A stretch of DNA of 64,000 bases from Actinomycetota bacterium (GTDB taxonomy: Bacteria; Actinomycetota; Actinomycetes; Actinomycetales; Microbacteriaceae): contig JBEGRZ010000002.1 of assembly GCA_041180115.1 (NCBI GenBank), forward strand, positions 13,615 through 77,614, written 5' to 3'. Under the pieces are notes generated by a model that saw only the letters and a program-made list of their open reading frames with translations, had not been told where the DNA came from and made no database searches. The translations under genes were made by a program, and so were the position numbers. This document shows positions 12,615 to 22,286 of the stretch, one piece after another. Position 1 is the stretch's first letter. The number at the start of each line of letters is the position of its first letter.

Positions 12615-13400
12615 TTAGAGTTTCACAGCGTTACGCATAATTTCGGCAAGCGCGGCTTCATCGCCGAGTTTGATGCGTCCGTCGCCGGATTTGAACAAGC
12701 GTATCTGCACAATCGCCTGCCAAATAAGCATGTCTAGGCCGCTGATGCGGTTTTCGTACGACCACTGAGCAGCGAGTTTTGAAGGCCACGGATCGTAGGC
12801 AACATCAAGAATCCAAGCCGAGGCGGCTACGTTTAGCTTCGGATGTGAAACTGAACCTGGCAGGGTTGAGATGGTAAGCCCCTGAATTTCACTTGCGTAG
12901 AAGTCATTCAAAGCCTTGGTGGTAACACCTTGCACCGAACTCTCTTTACGGGCGTAGACGTTTATTTCAATCTCAGGGAAAAGTTGACCGAGTGCGTGAA
13001 CTGCTGAACGAGCGGTTGCGCCTGAACCGAGAACATTTAGTACATCAAACTTCAAATCAGAATTTAGACGAACGGCCTGCTGAATACCGAAGGAATCGGT
13101 GTTATAGCCTTCCCAGCCCTCATCAGTGTGGAGCAGAGTGTTCACCACACCCGTCTCGGATGCTACCGGGCACGATGGCAGTGAAAGTTCAAAACCAACC
13201 TCTTTCAGAGGCATGGTTAGGCTCAATCCTCGCCAGGAAGAATCGCGAAGCTTTAGGAAGTCAGCTAGTTCGTTTGCTTCAACACGATAGCGTGCGTAGT
13301 CCCAAGGAAGACCTAGTTCGCGATAGGCCGCACCGTGAATTATTGGCGACTTGGAATGTTCGATTGGCGACCCCAAGACCGCAAGGTGCGCGCTAACCAT
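12615..13400 (-). CDS. aroE: shikimate dehydrogenase (AroE family)
   Basis: 261 aa. [18 protein letters not shown] and GYNTD motifs are present, with a GSGATARS dinucleotide loop. It lies in the aro cluster. Confidence 0.8.
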   Translation of the reverse strand: MVSAHLAVLGSPIEHSKSPIIHGAAYRELGLPWDYARYRVEANELADFLKLRDSSWRGLSLTMPLKEVGFELSLPSCPVASETGVVNTLLHTDEGWEGYNTDSFGIQQAVRLNSDLKFDVLNVLGSGATARSAVHALGQLFPEIEINVYARKESSVQGVTTKALNDFYASEIQGLTISTLPGSVSHPKLNVAASAWILDVAYDPWPSKLAAQWSYENRISGLDMLIWQAIVQIRLFKSGDGRIKLGDEAALAEIMRNAVKL

Positions 13401-14430
13401 TCCAACCCGGGTTGTCTCGCATCCACTGCTGCCACTGCTTGACAGCCTTCGCGTGCTGGGCGTAGGTGGTACTGAAAACGGTTTCTCCGGTCTTCAGGTT
13501 CACTGCACAGAAGTAAATCCAAGTACCATCGGCCGGGTGGAGTGCTGCATCGATAGCAACGCTACCGGGCGCTCCAATTGGACCGACCGGAAGACCTGCG
13601 TGGACGTAGGTGTTGTATCCATTCTGGTCAGCGCGTTCGGCATCGGTCGTGGTTACCGTGGTGCCACCGCTTCCGTAGCTGACGGTTGCGTCAGACTGCA
13701 GGTGCATACCGATTTCGAGACGGTTGAGGAATACACGAGAAACCTTGTAGAAGTCTTCAGTGATGCGGGCTTCCTTCTGCACAATCGAAGCCAAAGTTAG
13801 TACGCGATGACGATCTCCATCTGTAACTCCAAACTTTTCTAGCTCTTTATCCATTCGGTCAACCATCACCTGAAGCACAGCCTTAGCGCTCGAACCGGGT
13901 TCAAATTCATAGGTTGCTGGAAACAGATAACCCTCAAGGGTTGGGAAGGCGCTCGGCAAACCGTAGTCGGCAGGATCCTTGCCAGCGGACTCAAAATCGG
14001 AAACTGCAATTCCGGTAGCTTTGCTCAGTTCCTTGTAAACGGTTCCGATTCGAAGACCCTCTTTGATGGTGACCTTCACCACCTGGCGACTAGCTGGATC
14101 GGCAATCAGATCGAGTGCGGTGTTGGCCGGAAGTTGTTTACGCAACGTGAAAGTTCCGGGGATGAACTGCTGATCCCTAGCGATGATGCGCTTGTAGGTG
14201 TAGCTGAAATCCTTGGTTATGCCGAGTTCAACGAGTTTGGTGGCAACCTGTTCGCCGGTGTCTCCTGGCTCAATCACGAGCGTAGTTTCGCCTGTTCCCG
14301 CTCCCTGGTAGTCCACTCCAGAGATGGTGTCGATTGCCGCACGAATCTGTGCACGCATCAGGTAGGCAGAACCGCCGCCGACCACTAAGACGATCGCAAG
14401 AAGGATGCCAATCAGCTTCTTCTTAGACAT
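13393..14430 (-). CDS. mltG: endolytic transglycosylase MltG (YceG-like)
   Basis: 345 aa with an N-terminal transmembrane helix. ASIVQKEA and YNTY motifs are present. The ruvX-mltG pairing is conserved. Confidence 0.9.
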   Translation of the reverse strand: MSKKKLIGILLAIVLVVGGGSAYLMRAQIRAAIDTISGVDYQGAGTGETTLVIEPGDTGEQVATKLVELGITKDFSYTYKRIIARDQQFIPGTFTLRKQLPANTALDLIADPASRQVVKVTIKEGLRIGTVYKELSKATGIAVSDFESAGKDPADYGLPSAFPTLEGYLFPATYEFEPGSSAKAVLQVMVDRMDKELEKFGVTDGDRHRVLTLASIVQKEARITEDFYKVSRVFLNRLEIGMHLQSDATVSYGSGGTTVTTTDAERADQNGYNTYVHAGLPVGPIGAPGSVAIDAALHPADGTWIYFCAVNLKTGETVFSTTYAQHAKAVKQWQQWMRDNPGWNG

Positions 14431-14881
14431 CGAACTCCTCTAATGACTTGGCCCGAACGTTGCCGGATGCCTGCTCCGACGCCAAGGCGCTTTCAAGAAT
14501 CAGGGTAGCAGCGGCGGCATCAATAATGCCCTTAGAAGACTTGGTGTTCTTGCCGCTAGCGTGCAGCTGTGCCTGCGCGGCACGAGTGGTCATGCGCTCA
14601 TCAACCATAAGCACTGGCACTTCAACTAACTCGGCTAACTGCCCTGCAAAGGCGAGGGCAGACTCGGTCGATTTCGTGAATTCACCATGGAGGTTTAGTG
14701 GGAGCCCAACATAGATTTCGATCGGGCTCAATTCTTCGATGATTTCTTGGCACCTAGAGAGCGCCTGCTCATTAGTCGGAATAACCGCGACCGGGGAAGC
14801 AAATATTGCGTCCACGGTTGAAGATGCAACACCAATGCGAGCAGAACCGTGGTCGAACGCCAAACGACGACCCGGGCGCAT
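14423..14881 (-). CDS. ruvX: Holliday junction resolvase-like pre-16S rRNA nuclease RuvX/YqgF
   Basis: The maximal ORF (to 15085) runs 200 nt into alaS. The ATG at 14881, 1 nt after the alaS stop, gives MRPGRRLAFDHGSARIGVA, the canonical YqgF N-terminus. Confidence 0.88.
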   Translation of the reverse strand: MRPGRRLAFDHGSARIGVASSTVDAIFASPVAVIPTNEQALSRCQEIIEELSPIEIYVGLPLNLHGEFTKSTESALAFAGQLAELVEVPVLMVDERMTTRAAQAQLHASGKNTKSSKGIIDAAAATLILESALASEQASGNVRAKSLEEFDV

Positions 14882-14882
14882 G

Positions 14883-17534
14883 CTAGGAAAGAGCCTTTTC
14901 GATGGCAGACACCGCGTCAAGAAGCTTGGATGCATCCACACCGCCACCCTGTGCCATGTCGTCCTTACCGCCGCCACCACCGCCGAGGATCGTCGATGCC
15001 AGACGCACCAACTCCCCTGCCTTGGCTCCGGACGCGCGAGCAGCCTCTCCGGTAGCAACCAGAATCGCAGGCTTGTCGCTAACAACCGCGGTAACGATCA
15101 CCACAGCTGAGGCACCTAGTTCCGCACGTAGTTGTCCGGCGACATTACGAAGTGGTTCGGCACTAGCCTGAGCACCCAATTCTGCCACTACTACTCGATG
15201 GGAGCCCACCGATTTAGCGGTGGCAAGCCACTGAGGAATCTTGCCGAGCAGAGCCGCTTCCTCAATCTGAGCAAGCTTGCGCTGAACGGTTTTTAGCTCG
15301 TCGAAGGTTGCTGCGAACTTCTCTTCTAGGCTTCCGGCAGGAACCTTGGCAAGCTCAGCCAAGCGAGCAACAAGTGCACGCTCAACGGCCAGTGCGCGGA
15401 ATGCCTCAATTCCAACGAAAGCTTCGAGACGACGGGAACCAGAACCAACTGAGGTTTCGGTTCCAAGGCTCAAAAGACCAATCTGGCTAGAGCGGCTTAC
15501 GTGGGTTCCACCACATAGTTCGCGTGACCATGGTCCACCGATCTGAATTACGCGCACTTCTTCGTCATAAGTTTCACCAAACAGCGCAACCGCACCAAAG
15601 TCTTTGGCAGCTGACTGAGACATTAGGTGGCTCGAAACCGCAAGATCGCGACGAATCGCAAGGTTGCTGACCTCTTCAAGTTCAGACTTAGTCTCTGCAC
15701 TTAGGGCAGAGTTCCAAGCGAAGTCGAGGCGCAGGTATCCAGGCTTGTTATAAGAACCGCTTTGAAGCGCGCTCGGGCCAAGCACCTGACGAAGTGCGGC
15801 GTGCAGAACGTGGGTCCCTGAGTGAGCTTGGCAGGCGCCTAGACGCCATTCCTCGTTCACGTGCGTCACCGAAGACGCCCCGGTCGCAACTTCACCTTGA
15901 CGAACCAAAACCTTGTGAGACACCAGACCCTTAACCGGCTTCTGTACGTCTAGCACCTCAAGCTCAAAGCCATCACCAGAAATTAGACCGGCATCGGCAG
16001 CCTGACCACCAGACTCGGCGTAAAGACTGGTGGTATCGAGGATGACCTCGCCGACCATTCCAGCCGAAAGCTTTGCGGCCGAAGATCCTTCGTGAATAAG
16101 GCCAATAACCTTGGCCTCCGTCTCTAGCTCTTCGTAACCAGTGAACTTGGTGACTCCAAGACTGCGGAATTCCGAGTAGACCGAAAGGTCGGTACCACCG
16201 AGTTTCTTTTCGCGCGCGTCTGCCTTGGCGCGATCGCGCTGTTCAGTCATGAGCGTGGTGAAACCGTCGCGGTCAACCGAAAGCCCAGCCTCTTCGGCAA
16301 TTTCCAGGGTTAGGTCGATTGGGAATCCGTAGGTGTCGTGTAGTAGGAAGGCCGACTCTCCACCGAGTGACTTACCGCCACCAGCCTTTACGTCGGCAAT
16401 AGCCTGGTCGAGCACGAGCGAGCCCGAGTTCAGTGTGCGTAAGAATGCCTCTTCCTCGGCTACTGCTGCCGAGTGAATGCGCTTGAAATCGGTTTCCAAT
16501 TCTGGATACGAGTGCTTCATGGCATCCTTGGATGCGGTGATCAAGCTACCGATGACTGGCTTTTCAACGCCCATCAAACGCATGGCACGAATGGTACGAC
16601 GAAGTAGTCGTCTAAGAACATAACCGCGACCATCATTGCCAGGTGTAACACCATCGCCAATCAGCATGAGTGAAGAACGCACGTGATCGGCGACAACGCG
16701 TAAGCGAACGTCATCCGCCTCAGTTGCACCGTAAGTCTTATTTGCAAGCTCGGCGGCAAGATCGAGAACCGGACGAACCTCGTCGATTTCGTAAAGGTTT
16801 TCAACGCCCTGCATTAGGAACGCAACGCGCTCGAGACCCATACCCGTATCGATGTTCTTCTTAGGAAGCTCGCCAAGAATCTCGAAGTCGTCCTTGCCAA
16901 GGCCCTTGCCACGTTCGTACTGCATGAACACTAGGTTCCAGATTTCGATGTAACGGTTGTCATCTGCCTCAGGTCCACCCTCGATACCGTAGGCAGAGCC
17001 TCGGTCGTAGTAGATCTCAGAGCACGGACCGGAAGGACCAGGCTGACCGGTGGACCAGAAGTTGTCCTTCATACCAAGACGTTGAATTCGTTCCATCGGA
17101 ATGTCGGCAATCTCTCGCCAAAGCTCAATGGCTTCATCGTCGTCTTTGTAGACGGTCACCCAAAGTAGCTCTGGGTTTAGTTCTAGACCGCCCTTGGACT
17201 GTGGTGATGTAAGAAATTCCCAAGCGAAGCTGATTGCCTCGCGCTTGAAGTAGTCACCGAACGAGAAGTTTCCGTTCATCTGGAAGAAGGTGCCGTGGCG
17301 GGTGGTTTTGCCAACCTCTTCAATGTCTAGGGTACGGATGCATTTCTGAACGCTAGTGGCACGAGGGTACGGCGCTGGAACAAGGCCAGACATGTAAGGA
17401 ATGAACGGAACCATACCGGCAACCGTGAAAAGAAGTGAAGGATCTTCGCTAATTAGCGAAGCGGAAGGAACGACGGTGTGCTGCTTACTGGCAAAGAAGT
17501 CCAGCCAACGACGCCTAATTTCGGCGGTCTTCAT
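14883..17534 (-). CDS. alaS: alanine--tRNA ligase
   Basis: 883 aa. The class II core includes FFQMNGNFSFGDYFK, and the editing domain carries HSGTHVLH and CGGTHV motifs. Confidence 0.98.
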   Translation of the reverse strand: MKTAEIRRRWLDFFASKQHTVVPSASLISEDPSLLFTVAGMVPFIPYMSGLVPAPYPRATSVQKCIRTLDIEEVGKTTRHGTFFQMNGNFSFGDYFKREAISFAWEFLTSPQSKGGLELNPELLWVTVYKDDDEAIELWREIADIPMERIQRLGMKDNFWSTGQPGPSGPCSEIYYDRGSAYGIEGGPEADDNRYIEIWNLVFMQYERGKGLGKDDFEILGELPKKNIDTGMGLERVAFLMQGVENLYEIDEVRPVLDLAAELANKTYGATEADDVRLRVVADHVRSSLMLIGDGVTPGNDGRGYVLRRLLRRTIRAMRLMGVEKPVIGSLITASKDAMKHSYPELETDFKRIHSAAVAEEEAFLRTLNSGSLVLDQAIADVKAGGGKSLGGESAFLLHDTYGFPIDLTLEIAEEAGLSVDRDGFTTLMTEQRDRAKADAREKKLGGTDLSVYSEFRSLGVTKFTGYEELETEAKVIGLIHEGSSAAKLSAGMVGEVILDTTSLYAESGGQAADAGLISGDGFELEVLDVQKPVKGLVSHKVLVRQGEVATGASSVTHVNEEWRLGACQAHSGTHVLHAALRQVLGPSALQSGSYNKPGYLRLDFAWNSALSAETKSELEEVSNLAIRRDLAVSSHLMSQSAAKDFGAVALFGETYDEEVRVIQIGGPWSRELCGGTHVSRSSQIGLLSLGTETSVGSGSRRLEAFVGIEAFRALAVERALVARLAELAKVPAGSLEEKFAATFDELKTVQRKLAQIEEAALLGKIPQWLATAKSVGSHRVVVAELGAQASAEPLRNVAGQLRAELGASAVVIVTAVVSDKPAILVATGEAARASGAKAGELVRLASTILGGGGGGKDDMAQGGGVDASKLLDAVSAIEKALS

Positions 17535-17536
17535 GC

Positions 17537-17749
17537 TTACTTTGCAGTCTTAGGAGCTGCCGGCTTCTTAGCGGCAGGCTTCTCAGGAGTGCTCTCCTCG
17601 TCGTAGCCCGCGGTGAAAGCGGTTGCTAGTTCTTTTAGGCGTGCAGTCGCGTCGTCGTAGGCAGCCTTAGCCTTTGGGTTCTGTTCGATCTGCTTTGCAG
17701 CGACTAGACCAACTGCAACACCAGCTGCAAGCCAAAAGAGTTTCTTCAT
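17537..17749 (-). CDS. small membrane-anchored protein with KPAA-rich tail (hypothetical)
   Basis: 70 aa. It has one N-terminal hydrophobic helix (LFWLAAGVAVGLVAA) and the C-terminal tail [16 protein letters not shown]. It is packed 2 nt upstream of alaS. No family was recognised. Confidence 0.55.
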   Translation of the reverse strand: MKKLFWLAAGVAVGLVAAKQIEQNPKAKAAYDDATARLKELATAFTAGYDEESTPEKPAAKKPAAPKTAK

Positions 17750-17757
17750 GGGGCTAC

Positions 17758-18108
17758 CTACTTTTTCTTTTTACCAACGAAGCTGGTGAACCCCTTGAGG
17801 TAACCAGCAAGTTTCATAATTGGTGCGCCCAGAGACGCACTGAAAACCGCAACCAAGGACTGCAGGTTGGTGGTGACATCGGCGACGTTGTCGGTGATGA
17901 CATCGATTTTTGCCAACTGCTTGTTGGTCTGGTCGACGGTTTCGGTTAGGCCGGTGAGTAGTGACGGAAGACTATCGTTGATCTCTTTGACAGTGTCTGT
18001 GGTCTCATCGAGCAGTTTGCCCAACTTCAACAACGGCACAGCCAAGAAAATAACGAAAAGCGCTAGAGCGCTCGCGGCTATAAGGCCTGCGATCTCGCCA
18101 CCACTCAT
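17758..18108 (-). CDS. DUF948-like membrane protein
   Basis: 116 aa with an N-terminal transmembrane helix followed by a coiled region (LLDETTDTVKEINDSLPSLLTGLTETVDQTNKQL). This resembles DUF948 proteins found near alaS and rpsD in Actinobacteria. Confidence 0.7.
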   Translation of the reverse strand: MSGGEIAGLIAASALALFVIFLAVPLLKLGKLLDETTDTVKEINDSLPSLLTGLTETVDQTNKQLAKIDVITDNVADVTTNLQSLVAVFSASLGAPIMKLAGYLKGFTSFVGKKKK

Positions 18109-18130
18109 CGGTTTTCCTAACTCTTAGGGT

Positions 18131-18760
18131 TTAGCGTGCTGCGTAGTACTCAACAACCAGCTGAACTTCACAGGTAACTGGTACCTCGGCGCGCTTAGGG
18201 CGACGGGTAAGAGTTGCGTGGAGCTTGTCTAGCTGGACGTCTAGGTAACCAGGCACTGGAGGAAGAACGTCGACGTGTCCGCCGGCAGCGGCGACCTGGA
18301 AAGGCTCGGTGCGTTCGCTCTTCTCGTGAACGTGAATGGTCTGGCCAGGCTTCACGCGGAAGCTTGGGCGGTCAACGCGCTGACCGTTCACCATGATGTG
18401 ACGGTGAACAACCATCTGACGAGCCTGAGCGATGGTGCGGGCAAAGCCGGCACGCAGCACTAGGGCGTCAAGACGCATTTCTAGAAGTTCAACCAGGTTT
18501 TCACCGGTTAGACCTTCGGTGCGCTTGGCTTCTGCGAAGATGTTGCGAAGCTGAGCCTCACGGATACCGTACTGTGCGCGAAGACGCTGCTTCTCGCGTA
18601 GACGAACGGCGAAGTCGCTGTCTGCCTTGCGCTTGGTGCGTCCGTGCTGACCAGGAGCGTATGGACGCTTCTCTAGGTACTTGGCAGCCTTAGGGGTAAG
18701 AGCTAGACCAAGAGCACGCGATAAACGGGTTTTGCTGCGGGTACGTGAAGTTTTAGACAC
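18131..18760 (-). CDS. rpsD: 30S ribosomal protein S4
   Basis: EKRPYAPGQHGR and the S4 domain (LDALVLRAGFARTIAQARQMVVHRHIMVNG) are present. The GTG at 18760 is preceded by AAAGGAA and yields a typical 209-aa S4. The maximal ORF start at 18799 is less likely. Confidence 0.93.
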   Translation of the reverse strand: MSKTSRTRSKTRLSRALGLALTPKAAKYLEKRPYAPGQHGRTKRKADSDFAVRLREKQRLRAQYGIREAQLRNIFAEAKRTEGLTGENLVELLEMRLDALVLRAGFARTIAQARQMVVHRHIMVNGQRVDRPSFRVKPGQTIHVHEKSERTEPFQVAAAGGHVDVLPPVPGYLDVQLDKLHATLTRRPKRAEVPVTCEVQLVVEYYAAR

Positions 18761-18899
18761 GTGTTCCTTTCGGAGATTATTCGTTAACAGTTTTTGCACT
18801 GCCTAGGAATGCTCGGCTAAAGAGCATCATTCACTTCACCTCGCAGCCGTTGAGGTTCTGAAGCAAATGGCAACCTATAAAGGTTAGCAAGAAATGGAA

Positions 18900-20222
18900 C
18901 TATTTGCCACGGATAATCTTGCGAAGGCTGGCCCAAAGACTCACTTTTGACTCCTCGGCACCAGCAGCTTTTGGCAGGTAATAGCGTTTCGAAGAGACTT
19001 TGGTGCCGACATAATCCTGCTTGACCACTGGCGGATTGTGATCGTGGGGGTAGTCATAGCCAACCCCATTGCCATAACTTTCAGCTCCTGCGTAGTTTGA
19101 ACTGCGCAGGTGTTTCGGCACTTCGGAGAGCACCCCGGCGCGCACATCGGCCAGCGCCGAGTTAATCGCGTTGTAGGCAGTGTTGGATTTTGGAGCCAGG
19201 GCCAGATAAATAGTCACTTCACTCAGAGCGATTCGACCCTCCGGCATTCCTATCAGGGCAACTGATTGAGCGGCGGCGCTAGCCAGAACTAAGGCTTGCG
19301 GATCGGCAAGACCGATGTCCTCTGCGGCCAAAATCATTAGGCGCCTAGCGATGAACCGAGGATCTTCTCCCCCCTCGATCATTCTGGCTAACCAATAAAC
19401 AGCTGCGTCGGCATCTGAACCCCGCACCGATTTAATAAACGCGCTGATGATGTCGTAGTGCGAGTCGCCGTCGCGGTCATATCGCAAAGGCGCCGAAGTT
19501 AGTGCGACTTCAAAATCTTCGGTGGAGATCACGACCGATTTACCTCTAGGGTTTCGCTGATACGCGGCAAAAGCGAGCGCTTCGAGGAAGGTTAGCGCTC
19601 GTCGGGCATCGCCCTGCGCGTTAGCAATTAACTTATCTCTGGCTACTGAAGAGATGGAGACCAGACCGTTCAAGCCACGGTCACTAAACAGTGCCCGATC
19701 AACCAAGGCTCTAAGCGACTCATCGGTGAGCGGTTCCAACTGAACTACGAGAGACCTGGAAATCAGCGGGCTAATTATTGAAAACGATGGGTTCTCAGTA
19801 GTTGCGGCAACCAAGGTAACGATGCCGGCTTCAACCGCAGGAAGAAGAGAATCTTGTTGCGCCTTTGAGAATCGATGAATCTCATCGAGGAACAAAACCG
19901 TTTCAATGCCAAAACCAATGGCATCGGTTCGAGCCTTGTCGATGACCTCGCGAACCTCTTTGACGCCGGCGGAAATCGCGCTTAGCTGAACCAGAGAGCG
20001 TCCTGGGATAGTCGCTAAAACATTTGTAATGGAAGTTTTTCCGCTGCCGGGCGGCCCCCACAGAATTACCGACTGCGCACCCTTGGTGACACCGCTCAAC
20101 AGGCGATGTAGCGGGCTGCCCTTCGAGAGCACCTTGTCTTGACCGACAACATCTTCAATAGCCCTAGGACGCATCCGCGATGCCAGGGGCTCGGATGCTT
20201 CGAAGATGGTTTGGAGGTTCAC
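18900..20222 (-). CDS. rarA: replication-associated recombination protein A (RarA/MgsA AAA+ ATPase)
   Basis: 440 aa. Walker A GPPGSGKTS, Walker B LFLDEIHRF and the MgsA C-terminal domain are present. Confidence 0.93.
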   Translation of the reverse strand: MNLQTIFEASEPLASRMRPRAIEDVVGQDKVLSKGSPLHRLLSGVTKGAQSVILWGPPGSGKTSITNVLATIPGRSLVQLSAISAGVKEVREVIDKARTDAIGFGIETVLFLDEIHRFSKAQQDSLLPAVEAGIVTLVAATTENPSFSIISPLISRSLVVQLEPLTDESLRALVDRALFSDRGLNGLVSISSVARDKLIANAQGDARRALTFLEALAFAAYQRNPRGKSVVISTEDFEVALTSAPLRYDRDGDSHYDIISAFIKSVRGSDADAAVYWLARMIEGGEDPRFIARRLMILAAEDIGLADPQALVLASAAAQSVALIGMPEGRIALSEVTIYLALAPKSNTAYNAINSALADVRAGVLSEVPKHLRSSNYAGAESYGNGVGYDYPHDHNPPVVKQDYVGTKVSSKRYYLPKAAGAEESKVSLWASLRKIIRGK

Positions 20223-20293
20223 AGGTTTAGGCTACGCCAAACATTCGGCGGGCGACGCTAAGGGTAAACTATTGCGAGTAACTTGGAGGAATT

Positions 20294-21037
20294 TTGTCAA
20301 ACAAACAAGGTAAGCTTTCGAAGGCCGCTCAGGCTCGTATCAATGGATACGAAGCTAAGGCAAGTGCCAGCGATGGTCGCAAAGCTCTTCGCAAGAAGGA
20401 CAACTTTCGAGCGCTGCTAATCTCACTCGTCGCGGTTGCTGTTGCTGTCAGCGCCCAGCTGGTCTACTTCAACTTAGGTCCTGGAATCCCTAAGCCGGCT
20501 CCTGAAGCGCCAACCGCTCCAGCCGCCTCGGTTGCTGAGAACCGCGAGTGGACCGGTGCGATCGACGTTGGCGCCAACACCCTTGAATTCAAGCTTTTCG
20601 GCGACAAGGCCCCTCAGGCCGTTGCTAACTTCGTAACCCTTGCAAACAAGGGCTTTTACAGCGGTGTCACTTGTCACCGACTAACTACCGCGGGAATTTT
20701 CGTGCTTCAATGTGGAGATCCCAACGGTGATGGAACCGGTGGTCCTGGTTACTCGTTCGGACCTGTGGAGAACGCCCCTGCCGGCGATCTTTACAAGACT
20801 GGTTATCTGGCAATGGCTAGAACGAGTGGAGACGCATCAAGCATGGGCTCGCAGTTCTTCATCGTCTACGCCGACAGCAGTATTCCGTCTGACGCCGCTG
20901 GTGGTTACACTGTCTTCGGTGAAATTACCAAGAACATCGAGGCTGTGAAAGAGATCGCTGCTGCTGGAACCGAAGACGGCTCTGGCGATGGAAAGCCTAA
21001 GAACCAGATTTCGCTCGGAAACCTCTCTGTAAAATAG
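20294..21037 (+). CDS. cyclophilin-type peptidyl-prolyl isomerase with N-terminal membrane anchor
   Basis: 247 aa. The TTG start is preceded by GGAGGA. One transmembrane helix is followed by FYSGVTCHRL..LQCGDPNGDGTGGPGY and MGSQFFIVY cyclophilin motifs. Confidence 0.9.
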   Translation: MSNKQGKLSKAAQARINGYEAKASASDGRKALRKKDNFRALLISLVAVAVAVSAQLVYFNLGPGIPKPAPEAPTAPAASVAENREWTGAIDVGANTLEFKLFGDKAPQAVANFVTLANKGFYSGVTCHRLTTAGIFVLQCGDPNGDGTGGPGYSFGPVENAPAGDLYKTGYLAMARTSGDASSMGSQFFIVYADSSIPSDAAGGYTVFGEITKNIEAVKEIAAAGTEDGSGDGKPKNQISLGNLSVK

Positions 21038-21065
21038 AGCCAACCCCCAAAGTAAGGTACTCGCA

Positions 21066-22283
21066 ATGTCTGCAAACAAATTTGGTCGCGTTGATGAAGA
21101 GAACAACGTCTACGTAATCGAACCGAATGGCGAACGCAAGGTTGGCCAGATGCCTGACGTTTCGCAGGAAGAGGCACTGCAGTACTTCGTTCGCAAGTTT
21201 GAGAGCCTTGAGGGTTCGGTCAAACTTCTAGAACAGCGAGTAGCCAAGAAAGCCGATGCCGATTCGATTTCAAAGGGCGCTGCGAAGCTAACTCTAGAGC
21301 TGATTGATGCAGCTGCAGTTGGCGACCTACAGTCGCTTCGCGAACGTGTTCTAGCCCTCGCTCCGAAGATCCAAGACCTTCTAAACTCGCGCAAGGAAGA
21401 GAACAAGGAAGCTGTTGCGGCGGCTCTCGCTAGTCGCGAGGCTATCGCTGCAAAGGCGGAAACGCTAGCTGCCGGAGACCTCTCGAAGGTTCTCTGGAAA
21501 GAAACTTCAGCAACTCTTGCCGCTCTATTCGAAGAATGGCAGAGTGCCCAGAAGAACGGCCCACGTGTTCCAAAAGCAGATGCTGACGCCATCTGGAAGC
21601 GTTTCCAGACCGCACGGAACAAGCTCGAAAACGCCAAGCGTGCGTACTTTGCAGAGGCTGGCGCCAAAGCCAAGGCTGCTAAGTCGAACAAGGAAAGCAT
21701 CGTAAAGCAGGCCGAAGACCTAGTGGCTAAAGGCGCAGACGCCGTTGCCGATTACCGCAAGCTTCTTGACGCTTGGAAAGCTGCCGGACGCACCAAGAAC
21801 GACGATGCCCTCTGGGTGCGCTTCAAGGCTGCCGGCGATGCGATCTACGCCGCCAAGGGTGAACAGATGGCTGTGGTCACTGCTTCGCAGGGCGAGGCAC
21901 TTGTTGCCAAGCTAGCGCTACTGGAGGAAGCCAAGGCGATTGATCCATCGAAGGATCTTGCTAAGGCAAAGGCCCTTCTTGGCAACATCCAGGAGCGTTG
22001 GGAAAAGGCCGGCCGAGTGGCAAAGTCTGACTTTCCAAAAACTGAAGACAAACTGCGTGCGATCGAACATGCAGTACGAACTGCCGAAAAGGAACACTGG
22101 AAGGCTACCGACCCTGCTGCCAAGGCTCGCAAGGACGACGTAACCATCAAGCTTGAGGAAGCAATTGCCAAGCTTGAGGCTGAACTTGCCAAGGCAACTG
22201 ACAAGAAGAAAATCGCGGAACTAACCGACTCGCTAGCAGCCCGTAAGGCTTGGCTAGAGGTTGTTTCGGCGTCGGCTAAGTAA
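21066..22283 (+). CDS. DUF349 repeat protein
   Basis: 405 aa with repeated helical W..F..A modules (IWKRFQTARNKL, LWVRFKAAGDAIY, IQERWEKAG). The N-terminus FGRVDEENNVYV is typical of actinobacterial DUF349 proteins. Confidence 0.85.
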   Translation: MSANKFGRVDEENNVYVIEPNGERKVGQMPDVSQEEALQYFVRKFESLEGSVKLLEQRVAKKADADSISKGAAKLTLELIDAAAVGDLQSLRERVLALAPKIQDLLNSRKEENKEAVAAALASREAIAAKAETLAAGDLSKVLWKETSATLAALFEEWQSAQKNGPRVPKADADAIWKRFQTARNKLENAKRAYFAEAGAKAKAAKSNKESIVKQAEDLVAKGADAVADYRKLLDAWKAAGRTKNDDALWVRFKAAGDAIYAAKGEQMAVVTASQGEALVAKLALLEEAKAIDPSKDLAKAKALLGNIQERWEKAGRVAKSDFPKTEDKLRAIEHAVRTAEKEHWKATDPAAKARKDDVTIKLEEAIAKLEAELAKATDKKKIAELTDSLAARKAWLEVVSASAK

Positions 22284-22286
22284 AAC

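Noticed and set aside
18800-18899. Possible rpsD autoregulatory leader or rarA terminator in the 100-nt spacer (small hairpins AACCT-TTAT-AGGTT and ATGCTC..GAGCAT)
   Set aside because: The stems are only 5-6 bp, with no U-tract and no recognisable S4-binding pseudoknot. Support is insufficient.
21110-21700. Long antisense ORFs inside real genes. Examples are 196 aa opposite DUF349, 223 aa at 37697-38368 opposite amt, 176 aa at 23376-23906 opposite relA, and 128 aa at 3636-4022 opposite carB.
   Set aside because: The sequences are low-complexity or Arg/Ser/Pro/Ala-rich, with no recognisable motifs. Each is fully contained in a strongly supported gene on the other strand. This is the typical GC-skewed third-position artefact.
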